Translations under genes and position numbers: made by a program | Virus record (IMG/VR): IMGVR_UViG_3300045976_000096 | Coordinates: 1-64,000 of that record | Length of the DNA stretch: 64,000 nt | Origin: a virus | Reading direction: 5' to 3' (one strand) | The notes under the pieces: model-generated | Seen by the model: the letters and a program-made list of their open reading frames with translations, nothing else | What the model was told of the DNA's origin: nothing | Databases searched by the model: none | Shown here: positions 32,326 through 42,072 of the stretch, in pieces | How positions within the stretch are numbered: position 1 is the first letter of the stretch | How the letters are laid out: each line of letters starts with the position of its first letter

Positions 32326-32345
32326 AGTCAGAACTGAGGTATAAT
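32326..32345 (+). promoter_or_regulatory. Palindrome abutting a -10 (ssb)
   Basis: AGTCAgaacTGAGG-TATAAT. Confidence 0.8.
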
Positions 32346-32427
32346 AGAACTGCCCGACGATGCGAGTCTGACGGCACTGACACACAGACCCAACGAACTA
32401 TCCAACCTACTTACACTGGAAACCAAA

Positions 32428-33270
32428 ATGGCAACTAAAGAACAGATGATGGCCGAAATGATGGCGAAGATGCTGGCGAAGAAGCAGTCGATGAAGAAGT
32501 CCGAAAAGACTGTCAAGCTCGAAGTCGGCGAAAACCGCGTGGTCATCCTGCCGGGCTGGCGTGAAGGCGACCCGACGTGGTATCACGACTTCGGTCAGCA
32601 CTTCATCAAGGACGAGTCGGACACCATCCAGGCCGTCTACATCTGCACCAACGCCACGTTCGAGCGCGACTGCCCCGTGTGCTCGGCCCTGGCCGCAGCC
32701 ACCCGCGCCGCCGCCGACGACACCGTCACCGAAACCCTGGCAAAGGCCAAAGCCAGCCGCACCGTTCTCGTCAACGCCCTGATGCTCGACTCGAAAGAGC
32801 CGAACACCCCGGTCATCCTGGAACTGAAACGCGGCATCTTCGAGCAGATCCTGGACATCGTGATCGAGTACGAAGGCAAGCCGCTCGATCCGGACGCCGC
32901 GATCATCCTGAAACTGTCGCGCGAAGGCAAGGGCCTGAACACGAAGTACAGCGCCATGCCGACGGCGAGAACCCTGCGCGTGCCGCCGGCCGTTCTGGGC
33001 AAGCTGCACAACCTGGACGAGTACGTCAAGCAGGAATCGGAAGAACAGGAACGCCGTGCGGTCGGCGCCGTCAACAGCGTGGCGGGCGTGCTGGCGGCAC
33101 CGGGCACCGGTCGCGACGTGCCGAAGACCCCGGCGCTGGGTGGTCCGAAGAAGAAGGATGACGACTTCGAGGACGTGCCCGACTTCGACGCGACGCCGGC
33201 AGCTTCCCCTGTCGCCGATCCGTCGCTGGACTCCGACATCGACGCGCTGCTCGGCGAACTGCCCGAGTAA
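32428..33270 (+). CDS. gp32-like single-stranded DNA-binding protein
   Basis: RVVILP, HF...C...CPVC, REGKGLNTKY, acidic tail DIDALLGEL. Confidence 0.75.
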   Translation: MATKEQMMAEMMAKMLAKKQSMKKSEKTVKLEVGENRVVILPGWREGDPTWYHDFGQHFIKDESDTIQAVYICTNATFERDCPVCSALAAATRAAADDTVTETLAKAKASRTVLVNALMLDSKEPNTPVILELKRGIFEQILDIVIEYEGKPLDPDAAIILKLSREGKGLNTKYSAMPTARTLRVPPAVLGKLHNLDEYVKQESEEQERRAVGAVNSVAGVLAAPGTGRDVPKTPALGGPKKKDDDFEDVPDFDATPAASPVADPSLDSDIDALLGELPE

Positions 33271-33289
33271 CGCCCATCGGTGAACGATC

Positions 33290-33318
33290 AAAGAGCCGGC
33301 CGTGTGCCGGCTCTTTTT
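33290..33318 (+). terminator. Rho-independent terminator
   Basis: AAAGAGCCGGC-cgtgt-GCCGGCTCTTTTT. Confidence 0.8.
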
Positions 33319-33334
33319 CCCTTCGGAGAAGAAA

Positions 33335-34240
33335 ATGGCACAAAAAGTCCAACTCATAGACGGTAACGCGGTGGGCTATGCCGCCCAGCAGGCCACGCGC
33401 CTGTCCGCTGGCGGTCTCGACACCCAGGCCGCCTACGGCATGATCAAGACCCTGCGTGAACTGCGCCGCGAGTCGCCTAAGCACGTACCCATGTGTCTAT
33501 GGGACGGCCGCGCCGAATGGCGCTTCAAGCTGCACCCCGAGTACAAGTCCAACCGCCGCGACACGCCCGACAAGGTCGCGATGAAAGAGTCCTACGCCAA
33601 GCAGAAGCCCTACATCAATCGCCTGCTACAGCACCTCGGCGTGCGCCAGGTGCTCGCCGTCGACCGCGAAGCCGACGACCTGGCCGGCTACTTCGTCGGC
33701 AAGCTGTCGCAAGACCCGGCCAACGAAATCGAACTCGTCACCGGCGACCAGGACTGGCTGCAGCTGGTGCGCCGCAACGTCTCGTGGAAAGACCCGCGCA
33801 GCGACGCCAAGTTCGTCGACGCCAAGAATTTCTACGACAAGACCGGCTGCAAATCGCCGTTCGCCTTCCTCGAAACCAAGATTCTGACGGGTGATACCTC
33901 GGACTGCATTTCGGGCGTGGGCGGGATCGGGGAAAAGGGCGCGCCAGAATTCATCGCTGAGTTCGGGAGCGTGCGCAACTTCTGGCGCATGTGCGACAGC
34001 GGGGAATTCAAGCCGCGCCTGAAAAAGCACATCAACCTGGCGTCGAAGGAGGGGCGCGCGCTATACAAGCGCAACTTCCAGCTGATGCAGCTGCTCGCCG
34101 TGGCCCCGCCGCCCAAGGAGCAGACCCAGATCAACGCCGGCAAGTTCGACAAGGACGCCTTTGCCGCTGTGTGCGAGGAACTGGCCTTCGGCTCCATCCT
34201 GCGCAACCTCGACGAATTCGTCAAACCATTTCAAAATTAA
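33335..34240 (+). CDS. 5'-3' exonuclease / flap endonuclease (T4 RNase H-like)
   Basis: LIDGN, YKSNR, EADD, TGDQD, GDTSDCISGVGGIGEK. Confidence 0.9.
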   Translation: MAQKVQLIDGNAVGYAAQQATRLSAGGLDTQAAYGMIKTLRELRRESPKHVPMCLWDGRAEWRFKLHPEYKSNRRDTPDKVAMKESYAKQKPYINRLLQHLGVRQVLAVDREADDLAGYFVGKLSQDPANEIELVTGDQDWLQLVRRNVSWKDPRSDAKFVDAKNFYDKTGCKSPFAFLETKILTGDTSDCISGVGGIGEKGAPEFIAEFGSVRNFWRMCDSGEFKPRLKKHINLASKEGRALYKRNFQLMQLLAVAPPPKEQTQINAGKFDKDAFAAVCEELAFGSILRNLDEFVKPFQN

Positions 34241-34249
34241 GGAACTAGC

Positions 34250-35257
34250 ATGACCGCAACCGCAGCCCAAATCGCCGCCTTCGACAAGGAGTTCGGCGGC
34301 AACGCCGAGCTGGAAGAACTGGTGTACCTGTCGTCCGGCTTTCCGCCGCTGGATTACGCCTTGTCGGGCAAATACGACGGCGGCTTCGCCTACGGGCGCA
34401 TGTACGAAATCTTCGGCGAGTCCGGCACCGGCAAGACCGCGATCGCCACCGCCGTGATGGCCCTGGCCCAGAAGATCGGCGGCTGCGCCGGCTTCATCGA
34501 TTGGGAACGCACCTTCAACGAAGACCTGGCCGTCAACGGCTACGGCCTGTCGACCGAGAAGCCGTTCTGGTTCTACAAGCGTCCGCAGACGTGGGAGGAG
34601 GGCAACACGCTGGCGGCCAAGTACTGCAAGTGGGTGCGCGAAAACAAAATCATCCCGGCCGACAAGCCGATCGTGATCGTGTACGACTCGATCGCCAGCG
34701 CGATCCCGAACTCGATGGCCGAGAAGGAATTCTCCGAATACTCGATGAACGACACGACGGCCCTGGCGCGCGTGACGTCCACCACGCTCAAGTCGATGGC
34801 CATGTTCGCCGAGCGCTTCAACGCCATCTTCATCTACCTGAACCAGATGCGCCTGAAACCGGGTGTCGTCTATGGCGACCCGCGCACCACACCGGGCGGC
34901 AAGGCGATGGAATTCTACGCCACCGGGCGCCTGGCCCTCGGCAAGGAAAAGGTGATGCAGCAGGTCGCCGGCCAGAAGGAATTCGTGGGCCAGAAGATCG
35001 GCATCCAGGTCGTCAAGACCAAGCTGACCAAGCCGTTCAAGGAAGCGTCGATGCGCATGTCCTTCGACGACATGGGCATGGCCTACTTCGACATCGAGTA
35101 CTCGCTGGTGGAAACGCTGGTCGATGCCAAGAAGCTGGAAGAAGGCCGCAAGGGCTTCTACAAGTGGAAAGGCACCGAGTATTCCAAGAAGCAGCTGGCT
35201 GAGAAGGTGCGCGCCGAAGGCCTGGTCCCGGAACTGGTCGCGATGCTGTCCAGCTGA
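34250..35257 (+). CDS. recA: RecA/UvsX recombinase
   Basis: GESGTGKT, YDSIA, NQMR, TPGGKAMEFYA. Confidence 0.92.
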   Translation: MTATAAQIAAFDKEFGGNAELEELVYLSSGFPPLDYALSGKYDGGFAYGRMYEIFGESGTGKTAIATAVMALAQKIGGCAGFIDWERTFNEDLAVNGYGLSTEKPFWFYKRPQTWEEGNTLAAKYCKWVRENKIIPADKPIVIVYDSIASAIPNSMAEKEFSEYSMNDTTALARVTSTTLKSMAMFAERFNAIFIYLNQMRLKPGVVYGDPRTTPGGKAMEFYATGRLALGKEKVMQQVAGQKEFVGQKIGIQVVKTKLTKPFKEASMRMSFDDMGMAYFDIEYSLVETLVDAKKLEEGRKGFYKWKGTEYSKKQLAEKVRAEGLVPELVAMLSS

Positions 35258-35307
35258 TCCTGCAACTATAATCGGTCGAGGGGCTTTCCCTCGACCGTGG
35301 AGACGAC

Positions 35308-35658
35308 ATGCAGGTTCAAGTACTGGATTTCATCCCGCCGATCGACGGCGTCGACGCCGAGTTCTCGACCATCCGCCTGGGTCACACGCTGGCCAAGCGC
35401 CTGGCGCCGGGCGACACCGTGTTCCTGATGGACGGCCGCACCAAGACCGTGTTCGGCACCGCGCGCGTGATGCGCGTCGAGACCGGCACCCTCCTGCAAC
35501 AATGTCAGGACTTCGGCGCGACCAACCACCGCGAGCTGGCGAACGATGCGGACGGCGCTGCGGACAGGTTGCTGGCCTACGTTCGCAAGCTGTTCGGACC
35601 CCATATCGCGTGCGACAATAAACGCAGTTGTGTGATCTTTTTAAAACGGTTGGAGTGA
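35308..35658 (+). CDS. Hypothetical protein (ASCH/PUA-like)
   Basis: STIRLG...PGDTVFL pattern; TATAAT and leader hairpin upstream. Confidence 0.55.
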   Translation: MQVQVLDFIPPIDGVDAEFSTIRLGHTLAKRLAPGDTVFLMDGRTKTVFGTARVMRVETGTLLQQCQDFGATNHRELANDADGAADRLLAYVRKLFGPHIACDNKRSCVIFLKRLE

Positions 35659-35660
35659 CC

Positions 35661-36035
35661 ATGAGCGTTGAATTTACGGACATTCTGCAGTTGCCCAAGC
35701 ATAAGGGCAAGACGGTCCAGCAGGTGTACGACACTGAGCCGAGCTACCTGCTGTGGCTGCGTGATCAAAAGCTGGCCGGTGGGCGCAGCGACTATTTCGA
35801 CGGCGAAGTCCTGCGTGCGCTGAACAAGGCGATCGACAAGGACAAACGCCTGCTCAAGAAATTCGACAAGTGGACCGAATTGTCCGACGGGCGCTTCTCG
35901 CCGATGAAGCCGAAAGCCGACGGCACCACGCCGGCGGAAAAGAAGGACGACGAAGACGTCAAGCCGACGATGCAGGAAATCGACGACGCCCAGGCGAAAG
36001 CGCGGGCTTATTCAGGATTGTGGGGGAGCTTCTAA
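35661..36035 (+). CDS. Hypothetical protein; ends WGSF
   Basis: KHKGKTVQQV...PSYLLWL resembles the ExoX C-terminal/DUF3820-like motif. Confidence 0.65.
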   Translation: MSVEFTDILQLPKHKGKTVQQVYDTEPSYLLWLRDQKLAGGRSDYFDGEVLRALNKAIDKDKRLLKKFDKWTELSDGRFSPMKPKADGTTPAEKKDDEDVKPTMQEIDDAQAKARAYSGLWGSF

Positions 36036-36268
36036 TGGCAAGTGTAACGCTGATGGCGCAGTACAACGTCACGCTGACCGGCCCGGAAATGCGACTGGTC
36101 TGCCTCGCGCTCGATGGGCGCATCAAGTTCGACGGCAATGGCGCCGACGCGGTCGCCGCGCGCGAGCTTGGCAACATGCTGTTCAAGGCGCGCCACACAC
36201 TGCTGGCGAACGCCGCTGCGGCGCATCAAGGTAAGCAGGAGAGCGATGAGCAAGCGCGAACAGCATAA
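36035..36268 (+). CDS. Hypothetical protein
   Basis: TAATG coupling. Confidence 0.55.
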   Translation: MASVTLMAQYNVTLTGPEMRLVCLALDGRIKFDGNGADAVAARELGNMLFKARHTLLANAAAAHQGKQESDEQARTA

Positions 36269-36611
36269 GGTTGCGGGCAAATTCTTCGGCGTGTGGTACG
36301 AGACGGCCGGCGGCAGGAAGCTGTATCTTGGCCACCGGAAGCGCGATCAAATCTATCGCGAGAAAAACGCCTGGTGCATCGACATCTACACGCTGGAACG
36401 CTGCCGCGAAATGGGCGTCACCATGATCGGCATCCTGATCAAGGACGGCGGCACCCGGATGGTGTGGATGACCCTGGTGTCGGATTTCTTCGGGCCGCAC
36501 AGCTTCGCGCACTTCACGCGCACCCGCCAAAGGGGTCTCCCCTTGCCGTATTTCAGGATCGACCCGATGAAGTCGGAGAAATTCATCGCCAAGTCGCTCA
36601 GGATCAAATAA
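36246..36611 (+). CDS. Hypothetical basic protein
   Basis: AGGAGA RBS. Confidence 0.6.
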   Translation: MSKREQHKVAGKFFGVWYETAGGRKLYLGHRKRDQIYREKNAWCIDIYTLERCREMGVTMIGILIKDGGTRMVWMTLVSDFFGPHSFAHFTRTRQRGLPLPYFRIDPMKSEKFIAKSLRIK

Positions 36612-36627
36612 GCAATCCTGACACATT

Positions 36628-36648
36628 CCTGACAAATGTTGGTATCAT
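36628..36648 (+). promoter_or_regulatory. CCTGA-N10 promoter (sleB-like gene)
   Basis: CCTGA-caaatgttgg-TATCAT. Confidence 0.7.
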
Positions 36649-36680
36649 GTTGCTAATGATCAACGAATGAAGGGATTAAT

Positions 36681-37049
36681 ATGATGACATCAGCACTACT
36701 CTGCCTGGCCGCCGCCATCTACCACGAGGCCCGCGGCGAGCCAGAACAGGGCCAGCAGGCGGTTGCGCTGGTCACGATGAACCGGGCCGAGTGGGAGAAC
36801 AAGCGCGTGTGCCGCGAAGTCCATAAGCCGGGCCAGTATTCCTGGGTCGGCACGGGCGCGAAGCACAGCGACAAGGACGCCTGGCAGCGGGCGCGGAAGG
36901 TGGCCGCAGACGTGCTCGACGGGCGCGTCGACGATTTTACGGATGGTGCGACCTACTTCCACGCCCGCAAGGCCCGACCCAGCTGGCGGCGCAGGCTACA
37001 TTACGTGATGACCGTCGGCGGTCATCGTTTTTACAAACCTTTTGAATAA
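36681..37049 (+). CDS. SleB-like cell wall hydrolase
   Basis: CLAAAIYHEARGE, QYSW, GATYFHA, GGHRFY. Confidence 0.9.
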   Translation: MMTSALLCLAAAIYHEARGEPEQGQQAVALVTMNRAEWENKRVCREVHKPGQYSWVGTGAKHSDKDAWQRARKVAADVLDGRVDDFTDGATYFHARKARPSWRRRLHYVMTVGGHRFYKPFE

Positions 37050-37062
37050 GTCACAAATGACT
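37049..37062 (+). promoter_or_regulatory. Palindrome at the sbcD start
   Basis: AGTCAcaaaTGACT. Confidence 0.7.
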
Positions 37063-38130
37063 ATGGAAAAGCCATTCGGCCTTATCAGCGATTCACACCA
37101 CCACGCATGGTCGGCGTTCGCCACCATCAACAGCGACGGCATTAACAGCCGGCTACAGATGATCCTGGATGAAACGCTGCGCGCCGCCACCGAAGTCAAG
37201 GCGGCCGGCGGCGACACCCTGTACCACGGCGGCGACCTGTTTCACGTCCGTGGCTCGATCGCGCCATCGGTCCTGAACCCGACCGTGGACGTCTACAGGA
37301 AGATCGTCAACGAGCTTGGCATGCGCGTGGTGATCAACGCCGGCAATCACGACCTCGAAGGCAAAGACGCGCACCGCGTTTCGTCGGCCATCACGGCGCT
37401 CGAGAATGTCGGCTGCTGGGTTGTCAACGCGCCGAACTACGGCAATTTCGACCACATGGTCGTGATCCCATGGATTCGCAACATTGACGACCTGAAAAAG
37501 GCGATCGAGGCGGTACACCCGTCCAACCGGGCCGACTGCGACCTGCTGCTGCACGCGCCGGTCGATGGCGTGATTCCCGGCCTGCCCGACCACGGTCTGA
37601 CCAGCGCATACCTGGCCAGCCTGGGCTTCCGGCGCGTGTTCAGCGGCCACTACCACCACCACAAGGAAATGGAAGGCGGCAAGGTCTACTCGATCGGCAA
37701 CCTGACGCCGCAGACCTGGAGCGACGTCGGCACCAAGGCCGGCTTCATGATCGTCAACGGCCCGGACGTCGCCTGGCGCAAGAGCCACGCGCCGGGCTTC
37801 GTCGAAATCGACAGCACCACCGACCCGGACGAAATCCCGCTGATCGTCGATGGCAACTACGTGCGCGTGAAAACCACGTCCACGAAGGTGTCCGAGCACG
37901 AAACCCTGCGCCAGTTTCTCACCGACAGCGGCGCGGCCGGCGTGACCATCGTGCCAGTGAAAGACCCGAGCGCGGCGCCCACCACGCGCGCCGGCGGCGG
38001 GATCATCAAGGCGGGAGCCACCCTGTCGCAGTCGATCGGCGATTTCATCCACGCCAAGGGCTTCGCGCGCGCGCCGGAACTGGCGGTCGTGTGCGAGGAA
38101 ATTTTGACGCATGTGAGGAGTGCAGCATGA
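37063..38130 (+). CDS. SbcD/Mre11-like nuclease
   Basis: SDSHH, GGDLFH, GNHD, SGHYH. Confidence 0.88.
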   Translation: MEKPFGLISDSHHHAWSAFATINSDGINSRLQMILDETLRAATEVKAAGGDTLYHGGDLFHVRGSIAPSVLNPTVDVYRKIVNELGMRVVINAGNHDLEGKDAHRVSSAITALENVGCWVVNAPNYGNFDHMVVIPWIRNIDDLKKAIEAVHPSNRADCDLLLHAPVDGVIPGLPDHGLTSAYLASLGFRRVFSGHYHHHKEMEGGKVYSIGNLTPQTWSDVGTKAGFMIVNGPDVAWRKSHAPGFVEIDSTTDPDEIPLIVDGNYVRVKTTSTKVSEHETLRQFLTDSGAAGVTIVPVKDPSAAPTTRAGGGIIKAGATLSQSIGDFIHAKGFARAPELAVVCEEILTHVRSAA

Positions 38131-38330
38131 GCGCTGTTATTGAAAAGAAAGTTCTAGCCCGTGCCGCGGCCGCACTGATGGCCCAGGCCCGCGACATTGC
38201 CGGCCACAGTCAGGCGCCGCACCTGATCAGCCCGGAGGAAACCCAGGAATGGGCCGACGCCCAAGTCCTGCTGACGGCCCTGAGTGCCGTGCCGCGCGTG
38301 AAGCGCATCAAACTGTCGGTGGACGTATGA
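38127..38330 (+). CDS. Hypothetical protein
   Basis: GAGGAG RBS, ATGA overlap. Confidence 0.6.
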   Translation: MSAVIEKKVLARAAAALMAQARDIAGHSQAPHLISPEETQEWADAQVLLTALSAVPRVKRIKLSVDV

Positions 38331-38644
38331 GCCAGGTCGGCAGCTGCATCTACACCGTCAAGCCCGGCATCAGCTGGGCCTTGATCGCGCACACCGCGCT
38401 GAACCACAGCGGCGACCGCGGCACCGGCGCCGGCGGCATCATGGCCGCGTCCGCCGACATCGCGGGCATCATCCTGGGCGGCGGCATCGACAGCCTGTTC
38501 ATCTTCCCCGATGAGCGCTTGCCGGCCGGCCTGTACCTGTGGACCGGCACGCTGGAGGAAGATGGCGCCTGCCTCGGGCGCGGCGAACGCCTGCACCCGG
38601 ACTGCATGCAGCACTGGCTCGATCATAACGGGACCACGCCATGA
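38327..38644 (+). CDS. Hypothetical protein (paralog of next gene)
   Basis: WALIA...SADI...GLYLWTGTLEE. Confidence 0.55.
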   Translation: MSQVGSCIYTVKPGISWALIAHTALNHSGDRGTGAGGIMAASADIAGIILGGGIDSLFIFPDERLPAGLYLWTGTLEEDGACLGRGERLHPDCMQHWLDHNGTTP

Positions 38645-39171
38645 GCAGGAAACCTATCGACTGGAGCGGGTTTGACAAGTTCAAGGAAGACTTGATCAAC
38701 AAACTGATCATGCACCACGGCATTGATGTTCGTATCAGCGATGCCAGGATGCGCAAGTTCTATTCCGGGGATTCAGGTCGACGCGAGGACTCTTATTACG
38801 CTTTTTGCTCTGCGAACGATTTTTTCGCCGATGAAATCAATGACGCCTGGGATGAAATGAAAAAGGGCTATCCCAAACTTGGCCGCGACGGCACTTGGGC
38901 GTTGATTGCCAAGGGGTTGAGCAAAGAATACATTCTCGTGACAGGATCAGCCGACATTCGTTTCTTTCATCATGAATACGGCATTGCGATATTTAACTTC
39001 GGTCTTGACGAATACAACGATGTCGGATTTTACTTGTGGCGCGGATTGGTTGAAGAAATGGACAGCCCGACCGCGTACAGCCGCGGCGTTTGCACGATTG
39101 AAAAGATCACCGGCGCCGTAGCGGACAGGTGGATCAAGAAAACCAAACCGAAAACCAAGAAGGCACAATAA
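38641..39171 (+). CDS. Low-GC hypothetical protein
   Basis: Visibly AT-richer codons; WALIA...SADI...GFYLWRGLVEE. Confidence 0.65.
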   Translation: MSRKPIDWSGFDKFKEDLINKLIMHHGIDVRISDARMRKFYSGDSGRREDSYYAFCSANDFFADEINDAWDEMKKGYPKLGRDGTWALIAKGLSKEYILVTGSADIRFFHHEYGIAIFNFGLDEYNDVGFYLWRGLVEEMDSPTAYSRGVCTIEKITGAVADRWIKKTKPKTKKAQ

Positions 39172-41117
39172 TGGACATCAAGAACCTTTCGATTACAAAT
39201 TTTCTCACCATCGGCCAGGCGGAACTGCAGCTGGACGGCCGCGGACTTCTTCTTATACAAGGCGAGAACGGCGACGACACGTCGGCCGCAAGTAATGGCG
39301 CCGGCAAGAGTTCCATCGTCGACGCCCTGTGCTGGTGCCTGTACGGCACCACCGCGCGCGACGTGGAGGGCGACGCCGTCGTCAACGCCACCGCCAAGAA
39401 GGACTGCAAGGTCGAAGTCCTGCTCGACGACGATGGCGCCGAGTACCGCATCACGCGCTACCGCAAGGACAAGGTCCACAAGAACCAGTTGTACGTCCAC
39501 AAGCAGAACGCCACCGGCGGCTGGGACGACCTGTCCAAGGGCACCGACAAGGAAACGCAGGAAGTGGTGCGCAAGGTCATGGGCTGTTCGCTGGACGTGT
39601 TCAAGGGCGCGATCTACGCGGGCCAGGAAGCGATGCCGGACCTGCCGGGCATGACCGACAAGCACCTGAAGCTGCTGATCGAAGAGGCGGCCGGGGTCGA
39701 GGAGCTGTCCGAAGCATTCACGGAAGCCTCTAAACGGGCGCTGGCGGCGAAAAAGGACTTCGATGCTGCCGGCATGCATGTCAAGTCGCTGGAACAGCGC
39801 CTGGAGGCTCTGAACGAGTCCGTGACCAACGCCGAAGCACAGCACAAGCTGTTCGAGGACGGCCGGCGCGACCGGGCGAAAGCCGAACTGGTCAAGGTTA
39901 AGCCGATCAGCGACGGGATTGCTGAAGCCAATGGCAAGCTGGCCGCTTACGATGTTCCCAAGCTGGTGGATCGGCGCCGCGACCTGAATGCGCAGCTGGC
40001 CGGTCGCAAGGCGGAAGAAAAACGTCTCGACGAACTGCAGGCGGCGCTAACTGCCACCACCCGCGCCGCCGCCGGCGCACGCGCCGCCGCCGAGCACCAG
40101 CAAGCAACCGTCAAGCGCCAGGAGCAGGAATTGGCCGACGTCGAGAGCCTGGTCGGCAAACCTTGCGGCGAGTGTGGCAAAACCTATTGCGAGCACGACC
40201 TGGACGAGGCGCGCGAAGCCAGAAAACGCACGATCGCCGCCAGCAAGGAAGAACTGCTGCTACTGCTAAAGACACTCAAGACGGTCAATGGCGAGCGCGA
40301 CAAAGCCAGTGCGGCGGTCGATACCTTCCGCGCCGGCATGACCGACGTCTCGGCCGCCGCGGCCGAACTGACGAAAATCAACGACGACCTGGCGCAAGCC
40401 CAGCGCTACACCAACGCCATCGCCACGCTGGAACGCGACATGAAGCAGGTCAACGTGGATGCGCGCGCCAAGCTGACCGAGCCGAACCCATGGGACAAGG
40501 TGGTGGCCGGCAAGCGCGAAGACCGCCAGCAGTGCGAGAACGACCTCGGCGCCGCGCAAGACCACGCGAAGAAGCTGGAAGCGGTCGCTGACCTGTTCGC
40601 TGACGCAGCGAAGGTGTTCGGCCCCGCGGGCGTCCGCGCCCACATTCTCGACACGGTGACGCCATTCTTGAACGCGCAGACCACCGAGTATCTGGGCGCG
40701 CTGGCGGACGGGAACATTCACGCGACGTGGTCCACGCTGGCGAAGACCGCGAAGGGCGACCTGAAGGAGAAGTTCAACATCGAGGTGGAGAACGACAAGG
40801 GTGGCAAGACCTTCAAGGCGCTGTCCGGTGGCGAGAAGCGCAAGGTGCGCCTGGCCGCCGCGATGGCGCTGCAGGACATGGTCGCCTCGCGCGCCGAGAA
40901 GCCGATCAACCTGTGGATTGGCGACGAAATCGACCACGCGCTCGACGAGCCGGGCCAGGAGCGTCTGATCGGCGTCCTCGAGAAGAAGGCGAAGGAGCGC
41001 GGCACCGTGTTGGTGATCAGCCACAATGCACTCACGGACTGGATCGACGATGTCATCACCGTCAAGAAAGCCGGCGGTGTGTCGATTGTTTCTGGCAGTA
41101 CCCATCGTGGCTTCTGA
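39171..41117 (+). CDS. SbcC/Rad50-like ATPase
   Basis: NGAGKSS, coiled coil with CGECG zinc hook, LSGGE, IGDE. Confidence 0.92.
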   Translation: MDIKNLSITNFLTIGQAELQLDGRGLLLIQGENGDDTSAASNGAGKSSIVDALCWCLYGTTARDVEGDAVVNATAKKDCKVEVLLDDDGAEYRITRYRKDKVHKNQLYVHKQNATGGWDDLSKGTDKETQEVVRKVMGCSLDVFKGAIYAGQEAMPDLPGMTDKHLKLLIEEAAGVEELSEAFTEASKRALAAKKDFDAAGMHVKSLEQRLEALNESVTNAEAQHKLFEDGRRDRAKAELVKVKPISDGIAEANGKLAAYDVPKLVDRRRDLNAQLAGRKAEEKRLDELQAALTATTRAAAGARAAAEHQQATVKRQEQELADVESLVGKPCGECGKTYCEHDLDEAREARKRTIAASKEELLLLLKTLKTVNGERDKASAAVDTFRAGMTDVSAAAAELTKINDDLAQAQRYTNAIATLERDMKQVNVDARAKLTEPNPWDKVVAGKREDRQQCENDLGAAQDHAKKLEAVADLFADAAKVFGPAGVRAHILDTVTPFLNAQTTEYLGALADGNIHATWSTLAKTAKGDLKEKFNIEVENDKGGKTFKALSGGEKRKVRLAAAMALQDMVASRAEKPINLWIGDEIDHALDEPGQERLIGVLEKKAKERGTVLVISHNALTDWIDDVITVKKAGGVSIVSGSTHRGF

Positions 41118-41766
41118 CCGGCGCGATAAAATAGATGAACGCGACTTCGTGATCATGACGGGCCGGCGTGCCGGCAAGTCAATGCTCGCGAAGATGCTCA
41201 AGCCTCGACCCGAGATTCGCGGGACCGAGGCTTCGTTCGTCATCATGGACGAATGTACCGACAGCCTTGCGTTCACCAACGAGGATTTCCGCAAACTTTA
41301 CCTGACCGATCCAATGAGCAAAGACGACACCCTGACCGAAGTCCAGCAGGAGCTGGACAAGCTGTGCGAGCGCATGACCGCCTATTTCGCCGCCGCGCCC
41401 GACATCGACATCACGACGACCCTGTCCGGCCCCGGCAACCTGACCGTGAGCGTGCCCGGCAAGGGCTACCGCAAGCGCAACCACGTCGGCGGCGAGGAAT
41501 TCGTCGCCAAGAGCGCGCGCCGCGGCGCCTCCGACAAGATCATCTTCGTGTTCAAGCCCGCCTCGGCCAGCGAATACACGGAGATGGAGATGACCGAGGT
41601 TGACGCAGCCGCCCAGCTCAATGGCGGGCGCGCGCTGCTGAACGCGGCTGCCGGCGGCGACTTCTTTGCCGAACTGCGCAATATCCGCGCCATCGGGCAA
41701 AAGCAGAAGCAGGCGCTCGAAGTGGTGGCCAAGCAGGCGACCTACCCGGACTTCGGATCGTGGTAG
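41107..41766 (+). CDS. Hypothetical protein with terminase-like motifs at the N-terminus; ends FGSW
   Basis: Open frame from GTG 41107; start uncertain (41155 or 41314 possible). Confidence 0.6.
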   Translation: MASDRRDKIDERDFVIMTGRRAGKSMLAKMLKPRPEIRGTEASFVIMDECTDSLAFTNEDFRKLYLTDPMSKDDTLTEVQQELDKLCERMTAYFAAAPDIDITTTLSGPGNLTVSVPGKGYRKRNHVGGEEFVAKSARRGASDKIIFVFKPASASEYTEMEMTEVDAAAQLNGGRALLNAAAGGDFFAELRNIRAIGQKQKQALEVVAKQATYPDFGSW

Positions 41767-42059
41767 CGCCCCTGAACTTCCCGCCGTACATCCACGAACC
41801 GTGGGGTGCGGCCGAGCCGATCAAGACCGCCATCAACAACGTCTCGTCCAATGTCGCCGGCACCCTGTCGACGCTGCACGCGGCGGTCGCCAATCTGGAG
41901 ACGCACACCGGCGTCTCTACCAGCACCGTCAGCGGCGGCCCGACGCCGGAGCAGCGCATCGCCGTCCTGGAGGCGCAGGTGCAGACCCTTTCCAAACAGG
42001 TCGAGGCGCTGACCAAGCGCCTGGCCGACATTCCTCAATCCCCGACCGGGGCCTGGTAA
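41760..42059 (+). CDS. Coiled-coil hypothetical protein; ends TGAW
   Basis: RIAVLEAQVQTLSKQVEAL heptads. Confidence 0.6.
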   Translation: MVAPLNFPPYIHEPWGAAEPIKTAINNVSSNVAGTLSTLHAAVANLETHTGVSTSTVSGGPTPEQRIAVLEAQVQTLSKQVEALTKRLADIPQSPTGAW

Positions 42060-42072
42060 CACAAGGAGCAGC

